A program made the translations under genes and the position numbers. A stretch of 61,168 bases of DNA, filler included. It is 8 parts of 8 records of this genome, joined end to end, with 100 filler letters (N's around TTAATTAATTAA, not from the genome) between each part and the next. Parts side by side here need not be neighbours in the genome. Positions count along the whole stretch, not along the records: positions 1 to 6,325 come from SRR31156797_45795; positions 6,426 to 15,055 come from SRR31156797_45847; 6 more parts are not named here. The stretch is one strand, 5' to 3'. Under the pieces are notes generated by a model. It was not told where the DNA came from. It searched no databases and saw only the letters and a program-made list of their open reading frames with translations. Below are positions 1 to 11,100 of the stretch, one piece after another. How positions within the stretch are numbered: the first letter of the stretch is position 1; every line of letters begins with the position of its first letter.

Positions 1-539
1 CAGGTTCGCTTATGGGCGGGCGTCGTTCGCAAAATGGCGTCGATATCTTCCTGAAAACCCATGTTGAGCATTTCGTCCGCCTCATCCAATACGGCGTAGA
101 GCAGGGTCGTTAAACGGACGGCCTTTCGGTTGACCAGGTCCAGTAGCCTCCCGGGAGTTGCCACGATGATCTGAGCACCATTTTTAACTTGATTGATCTG
201 TTTTCCCATATCCGAACCGCCATAAACGGCAGCGATGCGCGCATTTTGGATGTGCCGTGAAAACCGTTTCAGGTCCCCGGTGATCTGGAGACAGAGTTCC
301 CGTGTAGGGCAGAGGACCAGCCCCTGGGTTTTTCGTGATTTGAAGTCAATCAGCTGGAGCAAGGGCAGTCCGTAGGCCGCGGTTTTTCCGGTGCCTGTTT
401 GGGCCAGGCCGATGATATCGGTGTCGTTTGTCAGCATCCTGGGAATGGCGATTTCCTGGATCCGTGTGGCCTGTTCAAATCCGAGTTGCTTAACCGCCTG
501 GAGAATTTCTTGTTTTAAACCAAAAGTTGAAAAATTCAT
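1..539 (-). CDS. deaD: DEAD-box RNA helicase (DeaD/CsdA-like), 3' end beyond the window edge
   Basis: Not in the ORF track. Minus-strand translation from ATG 539: MNFSTFGLKQEILQAV..GFEQATRIQ (Q motif), AQTGTGKT (motif I), PTREL (Ia), TPGRL (Ib), DEAD (II). Confidence 0.9.
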   Translation of the reverse strand, partial: MNFSTFGLKQEILQAVKQLGFEQATRIQEIAIPRMLTNDTDIIGLAQTGTGKTAAYGLPLLQLIDFKSRKTQGLVLCPTRELCLQITGDLKRFSRHIQNARIAAVYGGSDMGKQINQVKNGAQIIVATPGRLLDLVNRKAVRLTTLLYAVLDEADEMLNMGFQEDIDAILRTTPAHKRT

Positions 540-604
540 AATTCCTATCCTGATGGTGGTCGGGTGAAATTTCGCCACAACCAGTTCTATTGCTTTAAAT
601 ATAC

Positions 605-641
605 AAAAGCCGTTCAGGCGTCTTTGCCGAACGGCTTTTTT
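605..641 (-). terminator. Hairpin with A/T runs on both sides (bidirectional terminator or attenuator in the deaD leader)
   Basis: Perfect 11-bp stem AAAAGCCGTTC (605-615) / GAACGGCTTTT (629-639). Confidence 0.6.
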
Positions 642-762
642 CATATTCGAAGTAAATCCTATGATATCGTGAACAACATCAAGATATCAGTCGGAACCTA
701 TTTGACAATCCAATATCAATTACAGCTTGTTTTTAAAATAAGCAATCTTTTTATTTTAAAAG

Positions 763-3633
763 TTACCCGGTGCACTGATCAACCAAAGCCATGATAGATC
801 GATAAGGGATGCCGCTGTGCCGGGACAATCCAATTTCACAGGTACGGCTGTTGGAGTAGCCTGCTTTGCAGCCCGCAACGGCTTGTTCCAAACCGCACAG
901 CGCCGAGGCGTTGAGTTCCGGCACAGTGAAGCCTCGATCTCCGGCAAATCCACAGCATTCGATACCGTAGGGAATGACAACGTTTTCGGCACAGGCGTTG
1001 GCAACGCTTATGAATGCCGCTTCCAACCCCATTTTGCGTGCACTACACGTGATGTGCACCGCAATCGGATCCTGGGTTTGATTGATGTTCAATCGCTCCA
1101 GAAGATGATCGGCGATGAATTGTACGGGTTCGTATAGGACGAGAGACGAAGTAAAAGCTCTGCGCATGCGTTCCAAGCAAGGACTGGTGTCGCACAAAAC
1201 GGGCAAGCACCCGTTATTTGAAGCAGCCCGTAGCGTTTTCTCCAACTCTGTGGATTTTTGATCCGCCTGGGTCATGTATCCTTTACTTTCGAAGGGAAGT
1301 CCGCAACAGAGCCGATCCCGCCCCTCCGGATAAATAACCCGATAACCCGCGCGCTTTAGTACCCGCTCCGTTACCACGTGCAACGCTTCCGTTGAGGGAT
1401 CATCGGTGCCAGGCCCCATGGTTCTGCTGACGCAGGCAGGGAAATAGACCACTGTGTGATCCCCATTCGCTGCGGCTATGGATGATAGGGGCGAAGACGC
1501 TGTGGGCATAGAGGGTGACCACTCCGGAATGCGGTTGCCTGAAATCTTTCTCAGCCCCTGAGTCAGACGCTTCATTCCATCCGTGCCCAGGCTGTCGTGG
1601 GCCACTTGTGCGGCTTTGAGCCCGAAGCGGATTCCTTTCGTCAATAGGCTGAAATGGTCGGCTGCCCGGTCAGCAACCCATTGGCCGTAGCTGTTGTTGG
1701 CCTGTCGAGACCGGAACTGCTTTGTAAATTTTCCCGTATCCACGTCAACCGGGCAGGCAGTGCCGCACAAACCATCCGCTGCACAGGTGGTGTTTCCCTG
1801 CCACCCGTATTCTTTTTCTAGTTCAACCAAACGTTTTGGATCTTCACATGTTGCCTTGAGTCGGGAAATTTCCCGTTGGATCACAATCCGTTGACGAGGT
1901 GTCAACGATAGATTGCGAGATGGGCAGTGAGATTCGCAAAAACCGCACTCCATACAGGTATCGATCAACGGGTCGGCCGGAGGCAGGGGTTTCAGATTCT
2001 CCAGGTGAATCTTCGGATTGGGATTGAGAATGACACCGGGGTTGAGAAGCCCCTCCGGATCAAAGATCCGTTTAATCTCCTGCATGATTTCGTAGGCATC
2101 ACTACCCCACTCCTTCTCCACAAAAGGGGCCATGTTTCGACCTGTGCCGTGCTCGGCCTTGAGGGAACCATCGTAATCGTCCACGACCATGCGTGTGATA
2201 TCGTCCATGAACCGGGCATACCGGTCGACCTCTGCAGTCTCCCCGAAATTGGGCGAAAAGACAAAGTGCAGGTTCCCTGCAAGGGCGTGGCCGAAAATGA
2301 TGGCCTCCCGGTATTGATACTTATCGAAAAGTTTTTGAAGGTCCAGTGTTGCCGGAGCCAGGCTTTCGATGGGAAAAGCCACATCTTCGATCAAAACAGT
2401 GGTGCCCCGTTTTCGTACGGCACCCACGGAAGGAAACAGGCCTTTGCGCACGTTCCACAAAATGTCGCTTACAACAGGGTCATTCGTAAAAACTGCCGGC
2501 AAGGAAAATGGGTCACCTTCCATGCGCCATCCATGGGTCCCGTTTCCCATTGGTTCAAGGGTTACCCTGGCCTTCAGGGCATCTCCGATTACCTGAATGT
2601 TTTCAGACAAGGTTTCAAAATCGTTCGCCTGGCTTTCCACGAGCAAAGCGGTCGTTCCCGGAGCGACATTTTTAATCATGGACGGCATCCCGGTCTTTTT
2701 TTCCACACTGCGCAGAGACGCCCGGTCCATGAGTTCGGCCGCCGCGACAGGCAGATGCTGCATATGCCGGGCTGTTTGACAGGCGCCCTCAGTTTGAGGA
2801 AAGAGGATCAGGGCAGTGGATTTGAAGGCCGGAGAAATTACAGTCCGATAAACAATTTGCGAGATGAAGGCAAGGGTCCCTTCGGACCCGATCATCAAAT
2901 GAGTAATGATATCGAAAGGATCGGTGAAATCCACCAGGGCGTTGAGGCTGTAACCGGTGGTGTTTTTGATCTTGAACTTGCGTTGGATCCGGTCTGCCAA
3001 AGATGTGTTGGAGCGGACCCGACCGGCCAGTTCTATTAAGCGGGAGAGCATTTCGGCGTGGGTTGCCTGAAAATGTTGTCTACTTTGACGATCGCCCGTA
3101 TCCAACACGGTTCCATCGGCCAGAACAATGCGAATGCTGTCCACGGTTTGATAACTATTCTGGGCCGTCCCGCAGCACATTCCCGAGGCATTGTTCGCGG
3201 CAATGCCCCCGATCATGGCGGCATTGATGGATGCAGGGTCCGGTCCGATTTTGCGGCCGTAAGGTGCGAGGATCTGGTTTGCTCTTGCGCCGATGATGCC
3301 CGGCTGGAGTCTTATTTTTTCTCCCTTGTCAAGGATTTCGGATCTCTGCCACGATTCTCCGGCTACGAGGAGTATGCCGTCGCTGATGGCCTGGCCTGAA
3401 AGGCTGGTACCGGCTGCCCGAAATGTGACGGGCAATTTTCTCTTTCCGGCTATCCGGAGGATTTTCGACACCTCGGTTTCGGTATTCGCACGAGCGACAA
3501 CGTTGGGAATCAACCGGTAAAAGCTGGCATCGGTGCCATAGGCCAAGGTGCGTAAGGGATCAGTAGCGATTCGGGAGGCGGGGATAACTGAAGAAATTTC
3601 TTCGACAAACTGACGATAGGCAATTTTCGTCAT
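763..3633 (-). CDS. FAD-binding, Fe-S-containing oxidoreductase (Dld-II-type D-lactate dehydrogenase family)
   Basis: FAD_binding_4 motifs FRAAGTSLSGQ, GPDPAS, GSEGTL, GHAL.GNLH, LKAEHGTG; 4Fe-4S motifs CMECGFCESHCP and CAADGLCGTACP; two C-terminal CCG domains. Confidence 0.88.
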   Translation of the reverse strand: MTKIAYRQFVEEISSVIPASRIATDPLRTLAYGTDASFYRLIPNVVARANTETEVSKILRIAGKRKLPVTFRAAGTSLSGQAISDGILLVAGESWQRSEILDKGEKIRLQPGIIGARANQILAPYGRKIGPDPASINAAMIGGIAANNASGMCCGTAQNSYQTVDSIRIVLADGTVLDTGDRQSRQHFQATHAEMLSRLIELAGRVRSNTSLADRIQRKFKIKNTTGYSLNALVDFTDPFDIITHLMIGSEGTLAFISQIVYRTVISPAFKSTALILFPQTEGACQTARHMQHLPVAAAELMDRASLRSVEKKTGMPSMIKNVAPGTTALLVESQANDFETLSENIQVIGDALKARVTLEPMGNGTHGWRMEGDPFSLPAVFTNDPVVSDILWNVRKGLFPSVGAVRKRGTTVLIEDVAFPIESLAPATLDLQKLFDKYQYREAIIFGHALAGNLHFVFSPNFGETAEVDRYARFMDDITRMVVDDYDGSLKAEHGTGRNMAPFVEKEWGSDAYEIMQEIKRIFDPEGLLNPGVILNPNPKIHLENLKPLPPADPLIDTCMECGFCESHCPSRNLSLTPRQRIVIQREISRLKATCEDPKRLVELEKEYGWQGNTTCAADGLCGTACPVDVDTGKFTKQFRSRQANNSYGQWVADRAADHFSLLTKGIRFGLKAAQVAHDSLGTDGMKRLTQGLRKISGNRIPEWSPSMPTASSPLSSIAAANGDHTVVYFPACVSRTMGPGTDDPSTEALHVVTERVLKRAGYRVIYPEGRDRLCCGLPFESKGYMTQADQKSTELEKTLRAASNNGCLPVLCDTSPCLERMRRAFTSSLVLYEPVQFIADHLLERLNINQTQDPIAVHITCSARKMGLEAAFISVANACAENVVIPYGIECCGFAGDRGFTVPELNASALCGLEQAVAGCKAGYSNSRTCEIGLSRHSGIPYRSIMALVDQCTG

Positions 3634-3658
3634 GGTCTTTTCCTATGCTTTTTTCCTT

Positions 3659-6139
3659 CTAAACTTTTCGAAAAGCATTCCTATTGGCCTGCACAATTTT
3701 GATCTCTCCATAGGAAAAATCTTTGCCAAGCGCCTGTTTGACTTTAGTCAGGTTTTCGCCTTTCATCTTCAACAGCGTCTGTTCGATAATTTTTTGTTTT
3801 TCGGTGGGAACCAGCCGGTCGATCTTTACTGCATCCTCTTGGACCCAATGGACCATATGCCCCTCGATGGTGGAGAGAACCAAGCCCCGGGCTTCAGCAA
3901 TTTGCTGAAGCGTCATTCCTTTTTCGAACAAGTCGAGGCTGGCCTGTTTGGTATCGACTTTAGGTTTTCCATCTTTCCCCGTCGTGCTGGCTTTGGAAAG
4001 GGTGGGCTGGATTTTAGTCGGCACGGGCAGGACTACCGATTCGATGCCTTGCTTCTTTCGATAATCGCTGACCATGGCCACCAATTCGTCCCCATATCTT
4101 TTTGCCAGCTGTTTTCCGATCCCTTTGACCTTTGTTAATTCGTCCAGGGTATCCGGAAGACAAACAACGATCTGGATTAAGGTCTTTTGGTGAAGTACCT
4201 GGTAATGGGCGATACCCTCCGCTTTGGCTTTTTTGCTCCGCCAGGCCTTGAGCATCTCATACAGATCTGAATGGATAATGTCGGACTCGTCATAGCTGGG
4301 AGCGGCAGACGTCTCTTTCTTTTTCCCGGCGTAAACCGCCGCAGCAGAAAGGGCCCGGAAGTACCCGGAGGGAGAAAAGCCATCTTTGCAGCTTCTTACG
4401 GCAGCCAGTTTGACGGCCACTTCCTCCCGGAGCAGTTGTAAAAAAAAATCTGCTTTCTTTTTCAGGGCTTTGTTATCTGATTCCAACTGCAAATGGGAAA
4501 TGGTTGTGCCTATGCCTGCGGTCAGTTTTTCTTGAAAATAGACGGACGCTTTTTTGACGCGGTTTAAAACAGCAGGGTTGTCCGACGGTAAAACGTCGGG
4601 TGAAAAAAGGCCTTTGAGTTGCCGGATAAATTTGTCTCCGATGGTAAATATCTCGTCTTCACAGGATTTTTCTAGGGTCGGCAGATCAGCAGCGCCCTTT
4701 ACATGAATCAGGCTTGCGCTGCCCCCTGTTGTTCTTAAAAAGTTGCGCAGATGGTTTCGGAGTCTCTGATAATCGAAACACTCTATCAGCAACGACTCCT
4801 GGTAGTTGCTCTTTTCCGCAATCAGCTGCGTTTCCATCGGTTGATTGCGTCTTGCCTTCTGGCTGAACCGGAGAATCGCCGGATCAACTTTCATGGCACT
4901 TTGCGCCAACGGTGCAGAGAGCAGCATCCCTTCCAGCGTTCTGCAGCGACTCAGGGCCACATAAACCTGACCGGGGGCGAAGGCTGCCCGGGCATCAATG
5001 ATCGCCTTGTCGAACGTAAGGCCTTGACTTTTGTGAATGGTAACAGCCCAGGCAAGTCGAAGGGGGTATTGGATGAACCCGCCGATTAATTTTTCTTCGA
5101 TTTCCATGGTTGCCTTGTCAAGGGTATACTCGATGTTTTCCCAGGTGTCCGGCTCTACAACGATCGCTTCGGGCTCCCCCGGACATTGAATCCGGATTGT
5201 CTCATTGTCAATCTCAGAGATCTGCCCGATTTTTCCGTTGAAATACCTTTTTTCCGGTGAGTTGTCGTTGCGAACGAACATCACCTGGGCGCCTCTCTTC
5301 AGTTTTAGGACAGAGGTCGTTGGATAGGCCTGAACAGGAAATTCCCCTTCGATTTTGGCACTGAAGATGTGCAGCTTCCCCTTCAGTGCTTTCAACCTGG
5401 AGGCGTTGATCTGATCAACGTTTCGGTTGTGGGTGCTCAAGGTTATGGCACCTTCACTCTCCCGGGATGAAATGTCGGGAACATATTGACGGTTGAGTCT
5501 TTCAATGGATTCGGAATCCATCTGCCCGGTACGGACACGGTTAAGAAGGTCGATGAAACGATTGTCCGATTGCCGGTAGATGTGTGTAAGCTCGATCGTC
5601 ACCATTTCGGTCTTCGCCAAAGCGTTGCTGCTGAAAAAGAAAGGTGAGGCATAGTAGGGGCTCAGGATCGCCCAATCCTCATCTTTTACCACTGGCGGAA
5701 GCTGAAAAAGGTCTCCGATCATCAGCAGTTGTACACCGCCGAAAGGCTGTTCGTTGCGGCGGTGGCGCCGCAATGCGCTGTCCACACCATCGAGGAGGTC
5801 GGCCCTTACCATGCTGATTTCGTCAATGATGAGAAGATCGAGGCTTTTGATCATATCGATTTTCGCCCTGCTGAATCGATACTGGGAACGCGTGGTTTTG
5901 CTGCCCGGAACAAAGGGACCGAAGGGGAGTTGAAAAAAAGAGTGCAGGGTGACACCGCCTGCATTAATCGCAGCTACACCGGTGGGAGCTGTGATCACCA
6001 TTCGTTTTGACGTCCACGTTTTCAGTTCTCGTAAAAAAGTCGTCTTTCCGGTACCGGCTCTACCGGTGAGAAATAGATTGCATCCGGTATCGGCGACGAA
6101 GGCCGCGGCAAGGTCACGCTCGGGATTATTGGTTTTCAT
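3659..6139 (-). CDS. Pif1/RecD-family 5'-3' DNA helicase with C-terminal HRDC and HTH domains
   Basis: TGRAGTGKT, APTGVAA, IDEISMV, GDLFQLPPV, TIHKSQGLT, YVALSR; HRDC-like LYEMLKAWRSKKAK..VKGIG; ATG 6139 lies 2 nt after the upstream stop. Confidence 0.88.
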   Translation of the reverse strand: MKTNNPERDLAAAFVADTGCNLFLTGRAGTGKTTFLRELKTWTSKRMVITAPTGVAAINAGGVTLHSFFQLPFGPFVPGSKTTRSQYRFSRAKIDMIKSLDLLIIDEISMVRADLLDGVDSALRRHRRNEQPFGGVQLLMIGDLFQLPPVVKDEDWAILSPYYASPFFFSSNALAKTEMVTIELTHIYRQSDNRFIDLLNRVRTGQMDSESIERLNRQYVPDISSRESEGAITLSTHNRNVDQINASRLKALKGKLHIFSAKIEGEFPVQAYPTTSVLKLKRGAQVMFVRNDNSPEKRYFNGKIGQISEIDNETIRIQCPGEPEAIVVEPDTWENIEYTLDKATMEIEEKLIGGFIQYPLRLAWAVTIHKSQGLTFDKAIIDARAAFAPGQVYVALSRCRTLEGMLLSAPLAQSAMKVDPAILRFSQKARRNQPMETQLIAEKSNYQESLLIECFDYQRLRNHLRNFLRTTGGSASLIHVKGAADLPTLEKSCEDEIFTIGDKFIRQLKGLFSPDVLPSDNPAVLNRVKKASVYFQEKLTAGIGTTISHLQLESDNKALKKKADFFLQLLREEVAVKLAAVRSCKDGFSPSGYFRALSAAAVYAGKKKETSAAPSYDESDIIHSDLYEMLKAWRSKKAKAEGIAHYQVLHQKTLIQIVVCLPDTLDELTKVKGIGKQLAKRYGDELVAMVSDYRKKQGIESVVLPVPTKIQPTLSKASTTGKDGKPKVDTKQASLDLFEKGMTLQQIAEARGLVLSTIEGHMVHWVQEDAVKIDRLVPTEKQKIIEQTLLKMKGENLTKVKQALGKDFSYGEIKIVQANRNAFRKV

Positions 6140-6141
6140 TT

Positions 6142-6325
6142 TTACAAAGCCGCCATCCACAGAATCGTTATTACGCCGGACAATAGAAACAGGCTTTCTA
6201 TCCAAAATTCCAGGCGCAGTCCCGGTTGCAGCCGATCCCCTTCATAGGCAAAAATAAACATCAGCATCGTCGCAGGGCAAATGGGCAAGAAAAATCCGAG
6301 GGCCGGAACCCGTCCAAATGCGGCA
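6142..6325 (-). CDS. C-terminal fragment of a membrane protein (possibly UbiA-like)
   Basis: Open frame from the contig end: ..GFFLPICPATMLMFYFAYEGDRLQPGLRLEFWIESLFLLSGVITILWMAAL*; hydrophobic; stops just before the helicase ATG. Confidence 0.45.
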
Positions 6326-6425
6326 NNNNNNNNNNNNNNNNNNNNNNNNNNNNNNNNNNNNNNNNNNNNTTAATTAATTAANNNNNNNNNNNNNNNNNNN
6401 NNNNNNNNNNNNNNNNNNNNNNNNN
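6326..6425. other. Artificial contig linker (N run-TTAATTAATTAA-N run)
   Basis: All-frame stop linker; base composition shifts abruptly across it. Confidence 0.98.
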
Positions 6426-7933
6426 TTAAGAAACTACACAAATGGCCGGCAATAATAATTGCTTTTTTTGCCATCCTTTTTGCCATATCAGGAATAGTAA
6501 TGAACCACCGGGGAACATTTTCTGCGCTTGATGTTTCACGAAAAGTATTACCAAAAAATTATTCGTATAATAATTGGAACCTGGCAGCAGTTAGAGGCGC
6601 TGAACAAATAAACGAAAATACCTATCTAACATACGGAAATATTGGTATCTGGAAAACTACAGATTTCGAGACTTTTGAAAATTTCAACAAGGGTTTTCCC
6701 AAAGGCATTGATAACAGAAAAATATATTCCGTAAAGAAATTTGACAATCAGATTTTTGCAGGCACACATCTTGGTTTATATAAAAAACATTCTGAAAATA
6801 AAGATTGGGTAAAAGCAGACCTTCCTGTTAAAGAAAATCGCATTGCAGATTTGGGAATAAAGAACGACACGTTACTGGTTTTAACTCGTCATTATTTATT
6901 AAAATCTGTTGATGGAATTCATTTTGAAACTATTCAACTGCCCGCACCTGAAAATTATGAACACAAAACAGGTTTGTTCAATACTTTCTGGGAACTACAC
7001 AGCGGAGAGTTACTTGGAGTAACCGGAAAATTAATTGTTGATTTATTGGGAATTGTTACTATTCTGCTAGCAATAACCGGTCTTTTGCATTTCTTTTTTC
7101 CAAAATTCATAAAAAAGAAAAAAGAGAAATCTGCCGATTCTTTGAGACTGGTTTCAATAAAGAAGAAAAACCTGCAATGGCACAATGTAGTTGGGTATAT
7201 TTTTGTGTTTTTCCTGATTATCAATACTTTCTCAGGAATGCATTTACGCCCGCCACTATTAATTGCAATTGCCAATAAACAAGTAGGAATAATTCCCGGA
7301 ACACACATGGACAGTCCAAACCCGTGGTTTGATAAATTGCGCCGGGTAGAATGGGATGAAAATACTAAAATGTATATTTTTTCTACTTCAGAAGGATTTT
7401 ATTTTGCCGATGAATCTTTAACAAAAACATTACAACCTCCACTTTCTCAGCCGCCGGTTAGTATTATGGGCTGCAATGTATTAAAACACATCGGACACTC
7501 AAATTACCTGGTTGGTTCGTTTAGTGGCATGTTTTTATGGAATACCCAAACCGGGGCAATTGCCGATTTTTTCACACAAACCCCTTATGTGGAACCGGAA
7601 GGAATACAGAGCCCGGTTGCCGCAAACATGGTTGCCGGAATGGTGGAAGGAACAGAAACTTCATTTTGGTTCGATTATAATTCAGGAGCACAAAGGATGG
7701 CATCCCTCGGAGGGATGCCATCTTTCTACTTTCGCGAAATGCCGGATGAAATAAAAAAAGCATCGCCAATGTCGTTGTGGAATGTAGCACTGGAAGTTCA
7801 CACCGGGCGAATTTTTGAAAATATACTGGGCCCATTTTATATTTTGTATGTTCCCCTAGCCGGAATTTGTATTTTATTAGTATTAATTAGTGGTTCTTTA
7901 ATTTGGTGGAAAATATTTCGTAAAAAAGGGTAA
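6426..7933 (+). CDS. PepSY-associated TM helix domain protein (iron-regulated membrane protein type), 5'-truncated
   Basis: Frame is open from the contig start (KKLHKWPAIIIAFFAILFAISG); PepSY-TM His motifs LHKW, ELHSG, WHNVVG, EVHTGR. Confidence 0.8.
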
Positions 7934-7955
7934 TGCGAATTCCAGTTCGCATTTT
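7932..7955 (+). terminator. Short hairpin after the PepSY gene
   Basis: AATGCGAA / TTCGCATT stem followed by T residues. Confidence 0.4.
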
Positions 7956-8069
7956 ACATTAACAGCAGTTTATAATCAGCGAATCGGAATCTGTTGTACC
8001 CGGGCAATTTTATCCTCAGCGGATGGGAATCTGCTACTTCCAAGAAACAGGAAATGTGGTTTTTAACCC

Positions 8070-8098
8070 AAAAAAATCCGGCGATTAAAAATCGCCGG
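8070..8098 (-). terminator. Rho-independent terminator of the LRR gene
   Basis: CCGGCGATT-AAA-AATCGCCGG stem; A run at 8070-8076 is a U tract on the minus strand. Confidence 0.65.
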
Positions 8099-8112
8099 TC
8101 CCGGAAAATTTT

Positions 8113-11100
8113 TTATTTATTCAAAATCGATTTTACCGTAAATGATTCCCGGTTATTTACAAATTTTATCAGGTAAATACCATTTGGAATTTCATGATAA
8201 TTAAAATCTAATTGGTGAAAACCAGCCGATTGAAAGCCAGCAAATGGATGCGCAATTCTTCTTCCGCTAATATCGTATATCATAATTTCGCATTTCGAAG
8301 GCTCGGCAATAAAGTACCGAATTGTGCAACTTCCGTTTGTTGGATTTGGATAAACCATTAATTTTTGAGAAGGTTCGTCTATCTCATTTCTATTATTAAC
8401 TGCAGTTAGTAGACCTGGCAAAGTTGCCGGGCATCCAATCTTCCATTCCTGATTGTATGATTCAATTTTCGGATATTTACTTTCAAAGTTTTCAATAAAA
8501 AGTGAAACATTTTCAACCTCACTGTCTAAAATTGCATAAACTGAATCTTCTCCCGAAACATCAGCAATTGATAAAATATATCCGTCAATGTCAGGAGACG
8601 TACTTTGATCCCAGCTGAAATCGAATATTCCACTTTGTTCGTTGTATTCAAATGTAAAGTTTTCAGGTGGAGCCAAAGTCGATAAATAATTTTCAATCTT
8701 TTCATCGGCATAAACTTCTGTCACTTTTAAATCATCATATAATTGGGCATACAAATAATAACTGCAATTTGGGTAATTTTCATCCAATGTAATACTTGTT
8801 GTACCTAAAGTTGCATCTATACTATTTACCCGAAAGCCATCAAAATCTTCATTATCATTGTCAAACATAAAATTCAAAACCTGCCCTGAATCTACCTGAG
8901 CCACATCCCATTCAAGGTTAATATTATTTCCGATTTGATTCATTGAAAATTCAAACCCCCTAGGTTTCAACTGAAAATGACTGATAATAGAATCGTTATT
9001 CTCCGGGTTCTCAAGTGTTATTTGCCATTCACCTTCCTCGGGTGCCAGCAGTGACCAGAAAGATGTTTTTTTATCTTCTGTTTCAGAATATATAATCCGA
9101 TCCTCAATTGAAGTTTCTGAAAATATATCACCTGAAGGAGATGTAATACTTGAAACCGGAGCCTCTGTTATACTTTTAATTTCGATAACACCAAATTCAC
9201 TGTTTTCAGGAACGGTAAAAGTTTCAGTGACTAAATTATCTTCTGTTCCGCTTTTTACTTCAAAACTAATTCCAATGTCAACTCTGCTGTCTTCCGGAAA
9301 ACGAATATAACCACTTTCATAAAAGCCTTTTTCAGTATTGATTATAAAAGCCAATTTAACCAACATTGCATCACTCGTTTCAGTTGGAATTGGATAATAA
9401 AACAAAAGTCCATGTACCATTTTCAGATTTTCATTAAAAGCCTGCATATACGTACCGAAAGTTTTTGAATTAAACCAGTTAAAAGGCCAGTAACCGCTAA
9501 TTTCAGGAAGCGTAATGTCTCCTCTAAAATACCCCTCCACTTCTGTTTCCGATTTGCTGTGATTTACGGTATAGCCACCTCTTCCTTCTGCCAGCCAATA
9601 TTGTTCATCCATAGAAAGAAAATTGCCTGTATAATCTATATTCAGCACTTTATTTGGAACATCATAGGAAGCTATTATATCTCCCTGAATCTGATAAGGC
9701 AACTCATCTATGGGTTTTAACAATTTCCCTGAACCGGAAAATTCGAAAAGTTTGGGCCAGATTGTTCTTCCGTCGGCGGTAATTCTGTACCATTTATCGG
9801 AAGTTACATCTGAAAAAATACCGCCAAATTTGACATCCATATTTACAGGACTAAATTCGCCGGGCTGATTTAACCCTGAAATATGACCGTAAAATCCACT
9901 TACTCCTAAAGTTCCAACACCAATGGGAGTAGTTGGCAGCATGTCACCACCTTCCAGGCTCCAGGCTACACTATCGATTTTGCCATTTTCCAGTTTATAA
10001 CCTCCGCTAATATCAGCAAAAAAAGGAAGTGAGATATCTCCTCCGGCTATAATAATATCGTTTTTCCAATCGTGTTCGTAGGTAATTCTATTCAAACAAT
10101 AACCTGCTTTAAATAGACCTATATTTTCAATCTCAAAACCTGCCGACATTATTCCTTTATTGGTAATCTCAAGGTTTTTTATTGTCAAATCAGTTCCCGG
10201 AGTATAAATACCCGGTGTTCCACACGATTCAGAAACCCAGGGAATATGAGCAGAACAACCTACTTTCATTCCAACAGTATCTTGTCGGTTAAAAAACCGT
10301 AGATCGTCGATACTTAGACTGGCTCCAAACAGAGAAGCAGTTTTTGATAAACCTGAATTCAGGAAATCCATTATTTTTCCTTCACTGCCAATCAATGTTA
10401 AGTTTTGTTCCCCTTCCAGCAAAACATATTTTCCAAAACTTCCCCCAGGTAGAGGAATATTATCGACAAAAAATTCTCCGTTTGCTGAAACTCCAAGAGC
10501 TAATGTATCAATGGTCATGGTTCCATTGAAATAAAGAAAATCGTTGATGGAAATTAAACTGGTTGAGGTAATATGATTTGGTTCCTCGCCTTCGTTCCAG
10601 GTCCCGGAATTCAAACAAAATTTTAGCTGCCCAACTTCCCAGCATTTCTTAGCAGGCGCAAAAAACTCCCCGTACAAAGTAAGATCCGGTAAAAGACCAT
10701 TACTTGCTTCATAATGATAATTCCCAATATCATTTTGTGGTAAAACTGTACATTTGTTGTTTATTTCACCCGGAATTTCCGCCCCATTATAATACCACTG
10801 GTAAGTTGTTTGAGTACCACCGGCATCCATGCTTAATTCGATAGTATTATTAACGGTACTCTTTTTAAGTATAACTGTATCTTGAGGAGCATAAATAAAG
10901 AAATTCAAATTTTGAGCGGCAAATTGTTCAAGTCCACTAAAAAGAAATTGATTGCCTTTTAAATCGAGCCAATAAAGTTTTGGTAAATCTTTGATAGCCG
11001 TGGGAATACTTTCTGTTAAATTATTATTGCTTAGTAAAAGTGTCTGTAACTCAGACATATTTCCAATTGCAGATGGAATTTCTCCTGTTAAATTATTTTC

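Noticed and set aside
1927-3039. 370-aa plus-strand ORF
   Set aside because: Antisense shadow of the FAD/Fe-S oxidase with no recognisable motifs.
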